From assembly GCA_964291655.2 (NCBI GenBank), contig OZ219802.1, positions 2,112,001-2,176,000 on the forward strand: 64,000 nt of DNA. The letters are read 5' to 3'. The stretch is from Chloroflexota bacterium. GTDB lineage: Bacteria; Chloroflexota; UBA11872; VXOZ01. This document shows, one piece after another, positions 29,805-40,789 of the stretch. Position 1 is the stretch's first letter. Each line of letters starts with the position of its first letter. The position numbers were made by a program, and so were the translations under genes. The notes beneath the pieces were generated by a model. That model did no database searches. It saw nothing but the letters and a program-made list of their open reading frames with translations, and was not told where the DNA came from.

Positions 29805-31346
29805 TTACCGCGAGTAGTTGGGCGCTTCTTTGGTCAGGATCACGTCGTGGGGGTGGGCTTCGCGGAGGCCGGAGGAGGTCATGCGGACGAAGCGCGCGTG
29901 CTCCTTCATTTCCCGGATGCTCGCGTTGCCGCAGTAGCCCATCGCTTGGCGGAGGCCGCCGACCAGTTGGATCACCAGCGCCGAAAGCGGGCCTTTGTAT
30001 TGCACGCGGCCCTCGATGCCTTCCGGTACGAGCTTCGCTTCCTCGCCAATGTAGTCCTGGAAGTAGCGGTCGCGGCTGGCGGTGCGCGCCTTCATAGCGC
30101 CCAGTGAGCCCATGCCGCGGTACTCCTTGAATTGCTCGCCCTGGTAGAGCACCACCTCGCCGGGACTCTCTTCCACGCCGGCAAAGAGCGAGCCGATCAT
30201 CACGGTGTCGGCTCCGGCGGCGATGGCTTTGGCCACGTCGCCAGCGTACTGGATGCCACCGTCGGCGATCACGGGGACGCCGTACTGCGTGGCAACGGCA
30301 GCTACATCGGAAATTGCCGTAATCTGCGGCACGCCGGTACCGGTGACGACCCGTGTCGTGCAAATGGAAGCGGGTCCTACGCCGACTTTCAGCGCGTCTG
30401 CCCCGGCCTTGATGAGGTCTTCTGCAGCCGCAGCCGTGGCGATATTGCCGGCAATCACCGGCACGTCGAAGAGCGTCTTGAACTTGCGCAGCGTTTCGAT
30501 GACGCCTGCCGAGTGGCCGTGGGCGCTATCCAGCACCAACACATCAACACCGGCTGCCACCGCCTCTTGGGCGCGCTTGATGCCTTCGACACTCGTGCCA
30601 ACAGCCGCGCCCACGCGCAGGCGGCCTTTTTCGTCTTTCGTCGCCAGCGGGAATTGAATCTTCTTCGCGATGTCTTTGACTGTTATGAGACCCTTCAGCA
30701 TGAAGTTGCCGTCCACCACCGGCACTTTTTCGATGCGGTGGCGGCGCAAAACGTCTTTGGCCTCTTCCAGCGTGGTGCCGACGGGAACCGTGATGAGGCC
30801 CTCTTTGGTCATCACGTTGTTCACCGGCTGATCGAGATTCTCCTCGAAGCGAATGTCGCGGTTGGTGAGTATGCCCACCAGCTTGCCGTTTTCGGTGATG
30901 GGCACGCCGGAGATGTGGTAGCGTTCCATCAGGTCCACGGCCTGGCGCACGGTGGCATTGGGCCCCAAAGTGATGGGGTCCACAATCATGCCGGCTTCCG
31001 AGCGCTTGACTTTGTCGACCTCGGCAGCTTGGACGTCTATTTCCAGGTTGCGGTGAATGACGCCGAGGCCGCCTTCTCGCGCCAGAGCAATTGCCAGGCG
31101 CGCTTCGGTCACGGTATCCATGGCGGCGGAAATGAGGGGGATATTGAGGGCGATGGACGGAGTCAGCCACGTGCGGGTGTCGGCATCTTTGGGCAGAACA
31201 GCGGAATAGTCGGGAATGAGTACAACGTCGTCGAAGGTAAGACCTTGTTTCAGCAACTTGTCATTGGACATGGGGTCGCTGGTCGGAGCTAGGGGCTCAA
31301 GAGTGGTGGCTATGCCCTCGCTCCCGGCGGTATCATTCCGTATCAC
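29805..31346 (-). CDS. guaB: IMP dehydrogenase
   Basis: [17 protein letters not shown] pair, [11 protein letters not shown] active-site Cys, YRGMGS and PEGIEG. Confidence 0.98.
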   Translation of the reverse strand: MIRNDTAGSEGIATTLEPLAPTSDPMSNDKLLKQGLTFDDVVLIPDYSAVLPKDADTRTWLTPSIALNIPLISAAMDTVTEARLAIALAREGGLGVIHRNLEIDVQAAEVDKVKRSEAGMIVDPITLGPNATVRQAVDLMERYHISGVPITENGKLVGILTNRDIRFEENLDQPVNNVMTKEGLITVPVGTTLEEAKDVLRRHRIEKVPVVDGNFMLKGLITVKDIAKKIQFPLATKDEKGRLRVGAAVGTSVEGIKRAQEAVAAGVDVLVLDSAHGHSAGVIETLRKFKTLFDVPVIAGNIATAAAAEDLIKAGADALKVGVGPASICTTRVVTGTGVPQITAISDVAAVATQYGVPVIADGGIQYAGDVAKAIAAGADTVMIGSLFAGVEESPGEVVLYQGEQFKEYRGMGSLGAMKARTASRDRYFQDYIGEEAKLVPEGIEGRVQYKGPLSALVIQLVGGLRQAMGYCGNASIREMKEHARFVRMTSSGLREAHPHDVILTKEAPNYSR

Positions 31347-31700
31347 CGGCAGTCCCTCCTCTGCTACACGTAACGCTCACGCTCGCTGAGTTCTCTTGCC
31401 CCCATTATACGGCACGACAGTTGACTGCGGAACCGGATTTGCACGCATGAGACCACTTTTCCTCTAGACTTTTTGTGGCCCCCACGTAGCCTACAATACG
31501 GCTTTTCGCAACCAGGCTCAGTCTCTATGTCGTTCTCTTAGCCTCTACGCATCATCATTCGGGAGCACTCCGCCCCGTTTGCCCTGAGCCTGCCTGTCCT
31601 GAGCACTTCGACAAGCTCAGCACAGGCCTGGCGAAGAGTTAACGGGGCGACATCAGTGGTTAATTGCCACTATATGGTGCGTAAGGCCCACAAATTGGTC

Positions 31701-31729
31701 TTGCTTTTCTGTCACTACTTAGATATTCT
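31701..31729 (+). promoter_or_regulatory. Putative sigma70 promoter for a leaderless padR transcript
   Basis: TTGCTT-N17-TATTCT, 6 nt before ATG 31736, no SD; imperfect palindrome TAGATATTCTA overlaps the -10. Confidence 0.45.
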
Positions 31730-31735
31730 ATATAC

Positions 31736-32113
31736 ATGTTACGCGAATTACGCAAGGGCACGGCCAGCCTGCTGCTGCTCGATCTGCTGGCAGCCCGGCC
31801 CATGTACGGTTTCGAACTCGCCGAGGCGCTGCGGGAGCGCACCAGCGGTGTGCTCGCCTTCAAGGAAGGCACGCTCTATCCTGCGCTACACCGCTTAGAA
31901 GCCGATGGGCTGGTGAATCCCTATTGGCAAGACAGCCCGCGCGGGCCGCGCCGACGGTACTACCGTCTGACAGCGAAGGGCCGCAAAGCGCTGGCCGAAC
32001 GCCGCGAGCACTGGCACACATTGGTGGAGGCTATCAATGGCGCGCTTGACGCCGGAAACGGAACGCTTTCTCCGCAAAGCCGTAGCGGGACTGCCGTTCC
32101 GGAAACGCCGTGA
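31736..32113 (+). CDS. PadR family transcriptional regulator
   Basis: MYGFEL, EGTLYPALHRLE and RRRYYRLT.KG motifs. Confidence 0.93.
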   Translation: MLRELRKGTASLLLLDLLAARPMYGFELAEALRERTSGVLAFKEGTLYPALHRLEADGLVNPYWQDSPRGPRRRYYRLTAKGRKALAERREHWHTLVEAINGALDAGNGTLSPQSRSGTAVPETP

Positions 32114-33212
32114 AGCCAAAGATGAACTGCGCGCGCACCTGAAAGATTCCATTTCGCAAGGGATGGCGCAAGGCAGCGAACGCGCGCGAGCGGAGCAAAA
32201 AGCCGTGGCAGCACTTGGCGACACTGCGGAACTCAACCGTGGGCTGTTGCGTTCGCATTTCGGCAAGAAGTGGCTGCTTCACCACATCCTCCACAAACTC
32301 GGCTGGTGGCTCCCTGAATTGCCACACATCCAATTGCGCCCGAAGTTCATGATCTGGAAGCATACGAGCAAGTACCCCCATCAATATGCCGAGGGCCGAT
32401 ATGACGAAATCATCCCCCGCTTGGAACGAGAACTTGCTTCCCGTGGACCGAATGACGACATTCACCACGAACTTGGATTGGCCTACAACGCCAGCGGCGA
32501 TTACGAGCGCGCGCTAACGCACTTACAGGCAGCGGTGAATTTGTGTAAAGCGCACTCGCAGCCGAAAACGTCTCCCGAAGAACGCGACATGGGGCTTGCA
32601 ATAGTCTGTGGCAATTTAGCAGGGGTCTTGGAGACATTGGGCAGACATGACAAGGCCGAGTCGGCGATACGCGCCGGACTTGTCGCGGACGGCAGGAGCT
32701 TCATGTTGAATTACCAACAGGCGAAAAATCTAGTAGGGCGCGGGGAAGTTAGTGAAGCGATGGAACATCTGGAAGTTTCCCTGAAAGATCCTACGACAGT
32801 CGTCGGAAAGCTCGATCATGGTGAAACCCTTCTGCTCATCTTGGCTACAGATAGATTTGACCCTCTGCGCAAAGATCCACGTTTCAGTGCATTTGTGCAA
32901 CGTGCCTATGGAGACCTGGCGGGCACACTCGAGCCCATGGCCGGTGACGCCGAGGTCGAGCAGGCGCTGCAAGGCAGTCTTGGCGAGAATGGTGAGGAAT
33001 TCCTGTTGAAAAACCAGAAGGCAAAAGGCTGTTTGGAAAAGGGCGATCTAGACGGTGCGTTTCAACATTTGGAGGCTTCCTTGAGCGACAAAGCCTCAAG
33101 CGGCAACTTTGGAAGGACCCTCCTCTTTCTCTTGACCTCTCAAGTCTTCGACCCCTTGCGAGACGATCCTCGATTCGATCACCTTTTGATGCAGGCCAGT
33201 CACTGGCCGTAG
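32037..33212 (+). CDS. HAAS/permease-prefix domain plus TPR repeat protein
   Basis: N-terminal ELRAHL.D...A...AVAALG motif typical of PadR-partner HAAS domains; TPR-like helices; duplicated FDPLR.DPRF module. Confidence 0.75.
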   Translation: MARLTPETERFLRKAVAGLPFRKRREAKDELRAHLKDSISQGMAQGSERARAEQKAVAALGDTAELNRGLLRSHFGKKWLLHHILHKLGWWLPELPHIQLRPKFMIWKHTSKYPHQYAEGRYDEIIPRLERELASRGPNDDIHHELGLAYNASGDYERALTHLQAAVNLCKAHSQPKTSPEERDMGLAIVCGNLAGVLETLGRHDKAESAIRAGLVADGRSFMLNYQQAKNLVGRGEVSEAMEHLEVSLKDPTTVVGKLDHGETLLLILATDRFDPLRKDPRFSAFVQRAYGDLAGTLEPMAGDAEVEQALQGSLGENGEEFLLKNQKAKGCLEKGDLDGAFQHLEASLSDKASSGNFGRTLLFLLTSQVFDPLRDDPRFDHLLMQASHWP

Positions 33213-33570
33213 CGCCATCCTCTCAACCTGTCTTCTCGCTCTAGGCTGCATCGCTCTCGCTTGTTGCAGTTGCAGGATTATGTAGAACATATCGGGATTC
33301 TCTGCATTCTTGGGCATACTGGGCGTACTTGCTGACTTTGCCAATATGAGTCTGCAAGCAGTTTGATTCGCTACTGATTCATGTTGAGCCCACTTGATTC
33401 CCCTGCACAACTGGGCTTGGAATCCGCGAGCACTCCAGATGGAATTTGGCAGCGTCGCTTTCGTTCACCCTTCGACAGGCTCAGGGTGAACGGGTTATCC
33501 TCTTCGTAGGTGCCTCCAGGATGCAATAGTCCCTTATGGTGCGCTCTGCCGTGTCCTGTTCGTCTTGACA

Positions 33571-35151
33571 ATGTCTGAACCTCACAGTCCGACCTCTTCT
33601 AACCGCTTGGCGTGGCTGCGGGCCGGCGGCAGTACCGTCGCCGGTGGCGCGACCATCCTCATGGTGAGCTACGTGCTCTCGCGCGTGTTGGGGTTGGCGC
33701 GGGAGGTCGCCATCAGCGCGCGGTTTGGGACGTCCAGCGAACTTGACGCCTACGTGGCGGCGTTTCGGCTGCCGGATTTGGCATTCCTACTCTTTGCCGG
33801 CGGCGCGTTGAGCTCCGCCTACATCCCGCTCTACCGTGAGGTGCTGGCGCGCAACGACCGCGCCGCCGCGCGCGCCTTTACGAGTGCGGCCCTCAATGCC
33901 GTCATCCTGGCCGTGGGGTTCTTCGTCGCCGTCATCATCCTGCTTGCCCCGTGGATCGTGCCGCTCTTTACCCATGGGTTCAATAGCGAGACCCGCACAC
34001 TCACCGTCGCGCTGCTTTGCATTGTCGCGTTCTCGCCTTTGTTGCTCGCCGCGAGCGAAGTGTTCACGGCCACGCTCCACACGCGGCAACACTTCCTGCT
34101 ACCCGCGCTGGCGCCGCTGCTCTACAATGCGGCCATTCTCGTCGGCGCCGTGGTGCTGGCGCTGCGGTGGGGCATCTACGGCGTGGCGGCCGGAGTCGTT
34201 ATTGGCGCGGGCTTGCACCTGCTCGTGCAGATACCGGCCTTTCGCGCGTTGGGCCCGGGCTACCGCCTGACCCTTGACCCGCACCTGCCGGAGCTGAAGC
34301 TCCTCATCCAACGCACCGCGCCGCGCATGGCCGGTCTGGTTACCGTCCACCTCTCCTTATTGTTTATCATGGTCACGCTCGCCTCCGGGTTGGGCGAGGG
34401 GGTGGTTGCGTCGCTCCACTATGCGTGGACTCTGATGATGCTGCCGCTGGGCGTCTTCGGCATGTCCGTGGCGCGGGCGTGGTTTCCGCAATTCGCAACT
34501 GCCGCCGTGGACGGCCCCACGCCTGAGTTAGCCCGGCAGCTTTCGGCGGCCATGCGCACGGTGCTCTTCTTCCTGCTGCCGTCGACAGCGGGACTGGTCC
34601 TCTTCGCACCGCTCATCGTGGCCACGATATTCGAGCGCGGCGCATTCGGCGTCGCCTCCACGGAACTCACCGCCTGGGCGCTGCTCTTCTTTGGGGTCGG
34701 CCTGGCCGGGCATGGCGCGGTGGAGGTGCTGAACCGGGGCTTCTTTGCGCTCAAGGACACGTGGACGCCGGTCCTGATCGGCATCGTGAGCATGGGGCTG
34801 GGCATCGCTCTTGCCTTCTTGCTCATGCAGCCGCTGGCACAAGGCGGCTTAGCGCTCGGCATCTCGCTGGCGGTGCTGCTGGAGGCCGTGTGGCTGTGGC
34901 TGCTGCTGGCGCGGCGGGTACCGGACTTTCGCTTATTTACCGGCACACTACCGCTGCTGCTCTGCACCATTCTCGCCGCAGGCGTAGGCGGCGGGCTGCA
35001 GTGGCTCGTTCCTCTCTCCGACACTCCTGCTATCCTGCGCCTGTGCCTGTACGGCGCCGTCTTACTTGGCGTCTATGTGCTCGCCGCGTTGGTCCTCGGC
35101 GTGCCGGAAGCGCGCACGGTGTGGCAGCGGTTGCCGTTGTTCCGGCGCTGA
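33571..35151 (+). CDS. murJ: Lipid II flippase MurJ (MviN)
   Basis: LSRVLGLARE, DAYVAAFRLPD, GGALSSAYIP, LPLGVFG and FERGAF. Confidence 0.93.
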   Translation: MSEPHSPTSSNRLAWLRAGGSTVAGGATILMVSYVLSRVLGLAREVAISARFGTSSELDAYVAAFRLPDLAFLLFAGGALSSAYIPLYREVLARNDRAAARAFTSAALNAVILAVGFFVAVIILLAPWIVPLFTHGFNSETRTLTVALLCIVAFSPLLLAASEVFTATLHTRQHFLLPALAPLLYNAAILVGAVVLALRWGIYGVAAGVVIGAGLHLLVQIPAFRALGPGYRLTLDPHLPELKLLIQRTAPRMAGLVTVHLSLLFIMVTLASGLGEGVVASLHYAWTLMMLPLGVFGMSVARAWFPQFATAAVDGPTPELARQLSAAMRTVLFFLLPSTAGLVLFAPLIVATIFERGAFGVASTELTAWALLFFGVGLAGHGAVEVLNRGFFALKDTWTPVLIGIVSMGLGIALAFLLMQPLAQGGLALGISLAVLLEAVWLWLLLARRVPDFRLFTGTLPLLLCTILAAGVGGGLQWLVPLSDTPAILRLCLYGAVLLGVYVLAALVLGVPEARTVWQRLPLFRR

Positions 35152-35544
35152 CGGGGTTAGAGAAGCGTGTTTGGAAGCGTGAGCACTCTCTCTGGCGCAA
35201 CTATCCTTGGGATACGTCATTTCACGGGGCATACCACCGAACGGAGTAACAAGAGGGCGTGCCTCTCGGGCGGAGCGCTGTTCCCGTTCACCCTTCGACC
35301 CTTCGGCCAACTCAGGACAGGCAGGCTCAGGGCGAACGGGTTTGGTAGGGCGTAGTAGGCGCCCTCAACGCCGTTTGTGTTTGACAAGAGACTAGGCGCA
35401 GCCACCTCAGCACAGCCCTCCCGCCTGTTCTACTGCACACTGGCGCATCAATTGGGCGAACCAATGTTGACGCAAACGTCATGTTAATATATATTGCCCA
35501 TTTAGAGTGATTGACTTCGCGTAGTTTGTCAGGAGTGAGCCATC

Positions 35545-36933
35545 ATGGTTACCCGACGAAGCTTTTTGCGCTTTAGCGGTGTAGCGGCTACGGCGCTGGT
35601 TGCTGCCGCGTGCGGCACGGTGCAGACCGCCCCGGCGGCTGAAGAGCCCGCCATGGAGGAGAAAGAAGCCCCCAAGGAATCCGCCCAGGAGGCTCCCGCC
35701 AAGGAGGTGCGGAAGCTATCCATCAATAGCTACGGCAACGCCGCGGTGCTCGAGCGTTATGTGCGCGTCTTAGGCGTGTTCAACGAGACGTTTGCCGGTG
35801 AGTATGAGGCGGAAGCGACCATAACGCCGTTCGCCGAGTACAACCCCAAGCTCATTTCTCAGATTACGGCGGGCGTGCCGCCGGACGTCTGGAACCTGTG
35901 GGCGCAATTCAAGTCCAATTACGTGGAGCGCGGCCTTGTGCTCGACATAACCGATCGTGTCAAAGCGAGCGCGACTGCCAGCCTGGACCACTATGTCCAG
36001 CCGATGCATGAGGCCATGTCGTATCAAGGCCGCATCTGGGGCACGGCACAGGACTTCAACGGCACCCTGATCTATCTCAACCAGACCATCTTCCAGAACG
36101 CGGGATTGGAATTGCCGGCCGAAGGCTGGACGATGGACGATCTTCGCGACATTGCGAAGCGCACCGTCAATCCGGAGGAGAACATCTGGGGCGGCAAGAA
36201 TCTTGCAAACAACACCGGCTCTGACAACTTCGCGGTGATGTGGAACTACGGCCAACACTTTTGGGTGGACGACGACCAGGCCAAATCGTTGGTGAATAGT
36301 CCGGCCGCCGTGGCCATGTATACCATCTATCAAGAAATGGCGTTTGCCGACCGCAGCATGCCGTCGGCGGCCAATCCCCAGGCTGAGGGCCTCGGTTCCC
36401 ATCAAGGGTACTATGCCACGTGGGACGCCTGGGGCAACGAGCCCTGGTGGATAAATTTCCGTAACGAGGGCAACGTGCCGTTCGAATGGCAGGCCCATAC
36501 GTATCCCGCAGGCCCCATGGACCAGAAGCACTTCTCCCAAGGCCACCTGTGGTCGATTGCGGAATCGCATCCGGACCACGATACCGCTTGGTTCCTTGCC
36601 GAGTGGATCGGCGGCATCGAGGGCTGGAAACAATGGGTAGCCTTGGGCCAGGGTCAGCCACTGCCGGTTTCCGATCGCGCGCTGTGGGAGCAGTATTATA
36701 GCTTCCTGGAGCCGGATAAGGCGCAGATACAGACCGACTTCATGCTGGAACGCATGTACAACGGCCTGGCGTTCAACTTCCAGTACTGGCCGACGTACGG
36801 CGACTGCAGCGGCATCATGCGCGAGGCACATCAGGTCATCTTTGGCGAGTCGCCCGGCGAGGTGAAGTCCAACCTTGACGAAGCCGCCAAGCGCATGACG
36901 GCGGTTCTGGAGGAGTACAAGAGCAATACGTAG
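35545..36933 (+). CDS. Sugar ABC transporter substrate-binding lipoprotein (Tat signal)
   Basis: TRRSFL twin-arginine, AAC lipobox, family-1 SBP features; AGGAG RBS. Confidence 0.88.
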   Translation: MVTRRSFLRFSGVAATALVAAACGTVQTAPAAEEPAMEEKEAPKESAQEAPAKEVRKLSINSYGNAAVLERYVRVLGVFNETFAGEYEAEATITPFAEYNPKLISQITAGVPPDVWNLWAQFKSNYVERGLVLDITDRVKASATASLDHYVQPMHEAMSYQGRIWGTAQDFNGTLIYLNQTIFQNAGLELPAEGWTMDDLRDIAKRTVNPEENIWGGKNLANNTGSDNFAVMWNYGQHFWVDDDQAKSLVNSPAAVAMYTIYQEMAFADRSMPSAANPQAEGLGSHQGYYATWDAWGNEPWWINFRNEGNVPFEWQAHTYPAGPMDQKHFSQGHLWSIAESHPDHDTAWFLAEWIGGIEGWKQWVALGQGQPLPVSDRALWEQYYSFLEPDKAQIQTDFMLERMYNGLAFNFQYWPTYGDCSGIMREAHQVIFGESPGEVKSNLDEAAKRMTAVLEEYKSNT

Positions 36934-37590
36934 GCGCTCCTGTTGGCGGCTGCGAGCATCGTGACAAAGCTGTCTTGAGCATCAACGAAGTAAGGGGGGG
37001 CACGGCATGCCGTGCCCCCCCCCCCTATCTTCTCTATATGCATAGGCGAACTTCGCAAGAACCTAGTGGTTCGATGTTGTTGTATTTATGGGTAGCGTAG
37101 ATTCACACGGGACGTGCGCGTAACCTGCGCCGTTTCCTGAGCTGTCTCTTACACCTACCCATCATTTCAATATAGTTGGACCACTTGCCTTCTGCCGTCT
37201 AACTCCATCTCCCTGGAGAGAGAGTTGGGGTGAGGGCACTGGCGGGAAACTGTCTACTCCGGGCAGCATCAAAGAGGCCGCAAATCCCCCCTCCCCTCAT
37301 GTCCTTGCTTCGTGTGCGTGGCAAAGCGTTGACACAAAGCCCTTGCATCTAACTTGGCATGCTGATACATGGAGAGAGGCAGCGTATCGCCGGTCTAGGC
37401 TGTTTCACCCGCGCTGCCTTAGGAGAACTTTGCATAAGCTCACTTTAAGGCAGAGGCACTCCCTCTCCCCAAGGAGAGGGAGAAGTATCCTTCCCATGAG
37501 ACCATAGTTCGCTAAGGTCTCCTCTGGGAGAGGGGGAAATGTGCTTCTCTCGAGACCAAGTTACGCAAAGGTCTGCTTTGGAGCAGCGAG

Positions 37591-38502
37591 CTAGAGTCCG
37601 GCGCTAGCCACAATTTCGTCGATTTCCCGCATCTGCTGGGGTGAGAGTTCCCAGTCGCCTGCGCCGAGCCAGCCTTCCACCTGCGCGGGACTCTTGGCGC
37701 CAACCAGCGCTGTCGTCATGGCGGGGTGCGCCAGTACCCACGCGATATCAAGCTCGATGAGCGTATGACCGTGGTCGGCGGCATAGGCGGCGAGTTGCTT
37801 TGCCATGCGGATGGTCCGCTTGAACTTCTCGCCCGCAAACCGCTCGTTCTGGCTGCGGATGTCGTCTGGGCCGAAAACATGGTCTTCTTCGTAGCTGCCC
37901 GTGAGCAGCCCCTGACCCAAAGGGGCGTACGCCAGCACGCCAATGCCCTGCTCTTGGCAGAACGGCAAGACATCCGCCTCGATCTCGCGGTCGAGCAAGT
38001 TGTAGCGGGGCTGATCGGAGTCCACGTGCCGCACCTGCAAGCACGCCTGCATCTGCTCGGCGGAGAAATTGGATACCCCCGCGTAGCGCACCTTGCCTTG
38101 TTGAATCAAGTCGTCGATGGCCTGCATGCTCTCGGCAAAGTCCATCTCGTCGCTGGGCCAGTGGATCTGATAGAGGTCGATGTAGTCGGTATGCAGGTGC
38201 TGCAAACTGCGTTCGGCGGCAGTGAGCAGGTCGTCGCGGCGCCAATTCTCCGGCAAGACTTTCGTCGCGATGAAGACCTCGTCGCGCCGGTTGCCCACGG
38301 CCTTGGCCACAAGCTCCTCGGAGAGGCCGAAACCGTACGCCTCCGCCGTGTCGATAAGAGTCACGCCGCCGTCCACCGCCCGTTGAATCGCCGTCACGGC
38401 GTCGCGCTCTTCCACCGGCCCCAGCTTGCCCGCAATCGGCCATGCCCCAAAGCCGAGCACCGAGACTTCCGGGCCGTTCTTACCAAGTCTTCGTGTCCGC
38501 AC
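37591..38502 (-). CDS. Aldo/keto reductase
   Basis: IDTAEAYG, IATK, IDLYQIHWP, GVSNF and YAPLGQGLL. Confidence 0.95.
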   Translation of the reverse strand: MRTRRLGKNGPEVSVLGFGAWPIAGKLGPVEERDAVTAIQRAVDGGVTLIDTAEAYGFGLSEELVAKAVGNRRDEVFIATKVLPENWRRDDLLTAAERSLQHLHTDYIDLYQIHWPSDEMDFAESMQAIDDLIQQGKVRYAGVSNFSAEQMQACLQVRHVDSDQPRYNLLDREIEADVLPFCQEQGIGVLAYAPLGQGLLTGSYEEDHVFGPDDIRSQNERFAGEKFKRTIRMAKQLAAYAADHGHTLIELDIAWVLAHPAMTTALVGAKSPAQVEGWLGAGDWELSPQQMREIDEIVASAGL

Positions 38503-38750
38503 GCCGTTACCTCCAGCCTTTAGGTTGTTTTTCCTAGCTTACCGCATTTGAGGTGAGGAAATGTCGCACCCGGCTGGGCAGCATTTTATCTTTCCCTCTG
38601 CGAGCAAACATGGGACAAGCCACATGCGCTGTGAGGCTGCGCAGAACGCAGGCAGAGGCGAGCAGTAAGGACAAGGGTTACAGATCGATACGGAGTGGGA
38701 GGCTTCTATCGACAGCCGGTTTGTAGGCGTACATCTGAACCCGCGCCAGG

Positions 38751-39059
38751 CTAGAATACCTGGTCGAGTTTGGGTCTCGGAAGGCCAAGCTGTTCGATGC
38801 TGGGCAGAGCCTCTTCAAGCTTGCAGAGCAGTTCGCGATACCGGGCCTGCTGTATGGGATGCATTTGATAGGCGATACGTGCGCGATCCAAGCTTTCCAT
38901 GCGGGCCATCATCTCGTCCCATTCGAGTAGGAAACCAGCTTGATGGTCATCAAGCATGTGCGGCCATTCATCTACAATAGCTGGCAAGTTTTCAATCTCG
39001 GCTGCAATAGCGCTCAGCTTAAGGTCAATTCGCTCATTTACCGTGGCCTGCGCAGCCAT
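38751..39059 (-). CDS. Hypothetical acidic helical protein (possible antitoxin/immunity protein)
   Basis: 102-aa ORF overlapping the upstream ORF by 22 nt; no recognisable domain. Confidence 0.6.
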   Translation of the reverse strand: MAAQATVNERIDLKLSAIAAEIENLPAIVDEWPHMLDDHQAGFLLEWDEMMARMESLDRARIAYQMHPIQQARYRELLCKLEEALPSIEQLGLPRPKLDQVF

Positions 39060-39592
39060 CTTTGTTCGCTCCGTCCAAACCGTTTAAGGTATTCAAGACC
39101 TTCTTCAAGCTGGAAGGCGGTAGCAATATTCCCCGTAGACACGCGATACTCTACAAGCAACCATTCGTATCCACCAGGTCCCTGCAACTCTCGCGAGCGG
39201 CGGATAATGCTAAGGTGGCAACCTTTATCGCGATATGTGCTTGTCAGGAGGCCGCTGTCAGGGTCACGTATTACGTCGCGTAGACTTTCTCGGTACGCAG
39301 CAAATGCCATACCGGGCGGCCACTCTTGCCGCACCACAGCGTGCTTCAAGTAGTGCACCACATCAGTAGTCAATTCGTCACCAGGTTGAAGAACTCGTCC
39401 TCTCCACTGCGTGCCGACCAATTCACGGGAGATACGCAGTTTCCAAGTAAGATTATACCATGCGTGGGCTACGTGCTTCTGAATCTCCCCTAACGAGTTA
39501 GGGGTAAGCTGTCGCTCACCTCTCGACGCTTCCAGGATATGTCGGTCTAATCTCGCGCTCGCACTATCCGCTGATGACACTGCTGCCCTCAC
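39038..39592 (-). CDS. Hypothetical basic protein (possible RNase-type toxin)
   Basis: 184-aa ORF; HYLKH...EW...Y and C-terminal LLVEY...G.IATAF strands. Confidence 0.6.
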   Translation of the reverse strand: MRAAVSSADSASARLDRHILEASRGERQLTPNSLGEIQKHVAHAWYNLTWKLRISRELVGTQWRGRVLQPGDELTTDVVHYLKHAVVRQEWPPGMAFAAYRESLRDVIRDPDSGLLTSTYRDKGCHLSIIRRSRELQGPGGYEWLLVEYRVSTGNIATAFQLEEGLEYLKRFGRSEQRWLRRPR

Positions 39593-39604
39593 CTACCGAA
39601 TGGT

Positions 39605-40630
39605 CTACATTTGCGCTGCCGTGGCGACGATTTGCTCGCAGAGGGCGATGTCTGCCAGGCCTTCTGCCGCGTTGGGGGTGGGGGTGACGCCCTGCTGGAT
39701 ACAGCGGAGAAAGTAGCGGATTTCCTCGGTAAAGGCTTCACGCACAGGTACGTCCAGCCGCGTGGTGCCCGCAGGGGCGTGCAGGATGACGGCGGACGGC
39801 TGGCGGAAGAGCAGCGGCGGCGCGTGGACAAGCTCGATGCGCCCGGTGGTGCCGTAGATGGTGGCTGCTTGGTCCCAGGGAGCATTCGCATACGCCAATT
39901 TTCCAACTTCGAGAACCGTTTCATGCGTCGCGTAGTCGAGCACGGCCAAACGCGGCGGTCCCAGGGAGGCGTAGCGGACGCCGGTGGGATCGCCGAGCAA
40001 GTGCCGCATCAAATTAACGTCATGCACCCACAATTCGAACCACTCGACCAGCGTGCGTTGGAGGGACTCCTCTGGAGAAGGGCGCGCGGTTGAGGCCGGG
40101 GCGGTCACGTCCGGTTGCGGTTCAATGGGCAGGGCATGGAGCGTCGCCGCGCCCATCTGCGAGTTTCCGCCAAAGTCGCGAAATTGGGCGAAACGCACGT
40201 CGCCGATTTGCTGTTCCGCAAGCAGTTTCTTGGCAAGCTGCACGGCGGGATCGAATTGCCGCATATACCCCACCATTACCGGGGTGCCGGTGCGCATGCT
40301 TGCCGCACGGATCTGTTCCGCGTCTTCGCGCGATCCTGCCAGGGGCTTCTCGGTAAAGACCGGCACGCCGGCTTCCAGCAGCGGGATGATGGCAGCGGCA
40401 TGGTGCTCCTTGAGTGTCACAACCACTGCACAATCTAACTCTCCGGCGTATTCTGCGAGTTCCCCGGCACTGCCGCAGATGCGCGGTATGCAATAGGCTG
40501 CGGCCAGCTTCTCTGCGCGATCGCGATCAAGTTCGGCGATGGCAACTAGCTCGACATCGGATATCTGCAGCAAAGACGGCAGATGCGTAATCTGCATCAT
40601 GTTTCCTGCGCCGACTAGACCAACCCGCAT
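39605..40630 (-). CDS. Gfo/Idh/MocA family oxidoreductase
   Basis: VGLVGAG, TEKP and VGYMRQFDP. Confidence 0.9.
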   Translation of the reverse strand: MRVGLVGAGNMMQITHLPSLLQISDVELVAIAELDRDRAEKLAAAYCIPRICGSAGELAEYAGELDCAVVVTLKEHHAAAIIPLLEAGVPVFTEKPLAGSREDAEQIRAASMRTGTPVMVGYMRQFDPAVQLAKKLLAEQQIGDVRFAQFRDFGGNSQMGAATLHALPIEPQPDVTAPASTARPSPEESLQRTLVEWFELWVHDVNLMRHLLGDPTGVRYASLGPPRLAVLDYATHETVLEVGKLAYANAPWDQAATIYGTTGRIELVHAPPLLFRQPSAVILHAPAGTTRLDVPVREAFTEEIRYFLRCIQQGVTPTPNAAEGLADIALCEQIVATAAQM

Positions 40631-40789
40631 GTTCGTCTCCTTAGCGACTCACCTACGTCTCCTACGAACGGACACTATCATTACAAGCATTGTGCACCAG
40701 GCTGGTACATCTTGGGCCATTGAGATTGATCAAAGCGAGCACACGCTGCTTCAAGCCCAAGCCACTGCATGGCTGGGTGTGGCTGTGCC

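Noticed and set aside
30132-31292. Long antisense ORFs (also 26479-27501 and 35770-36831)
   Set aside because: Shadow frames of well-supported genes in GC-rich DNA
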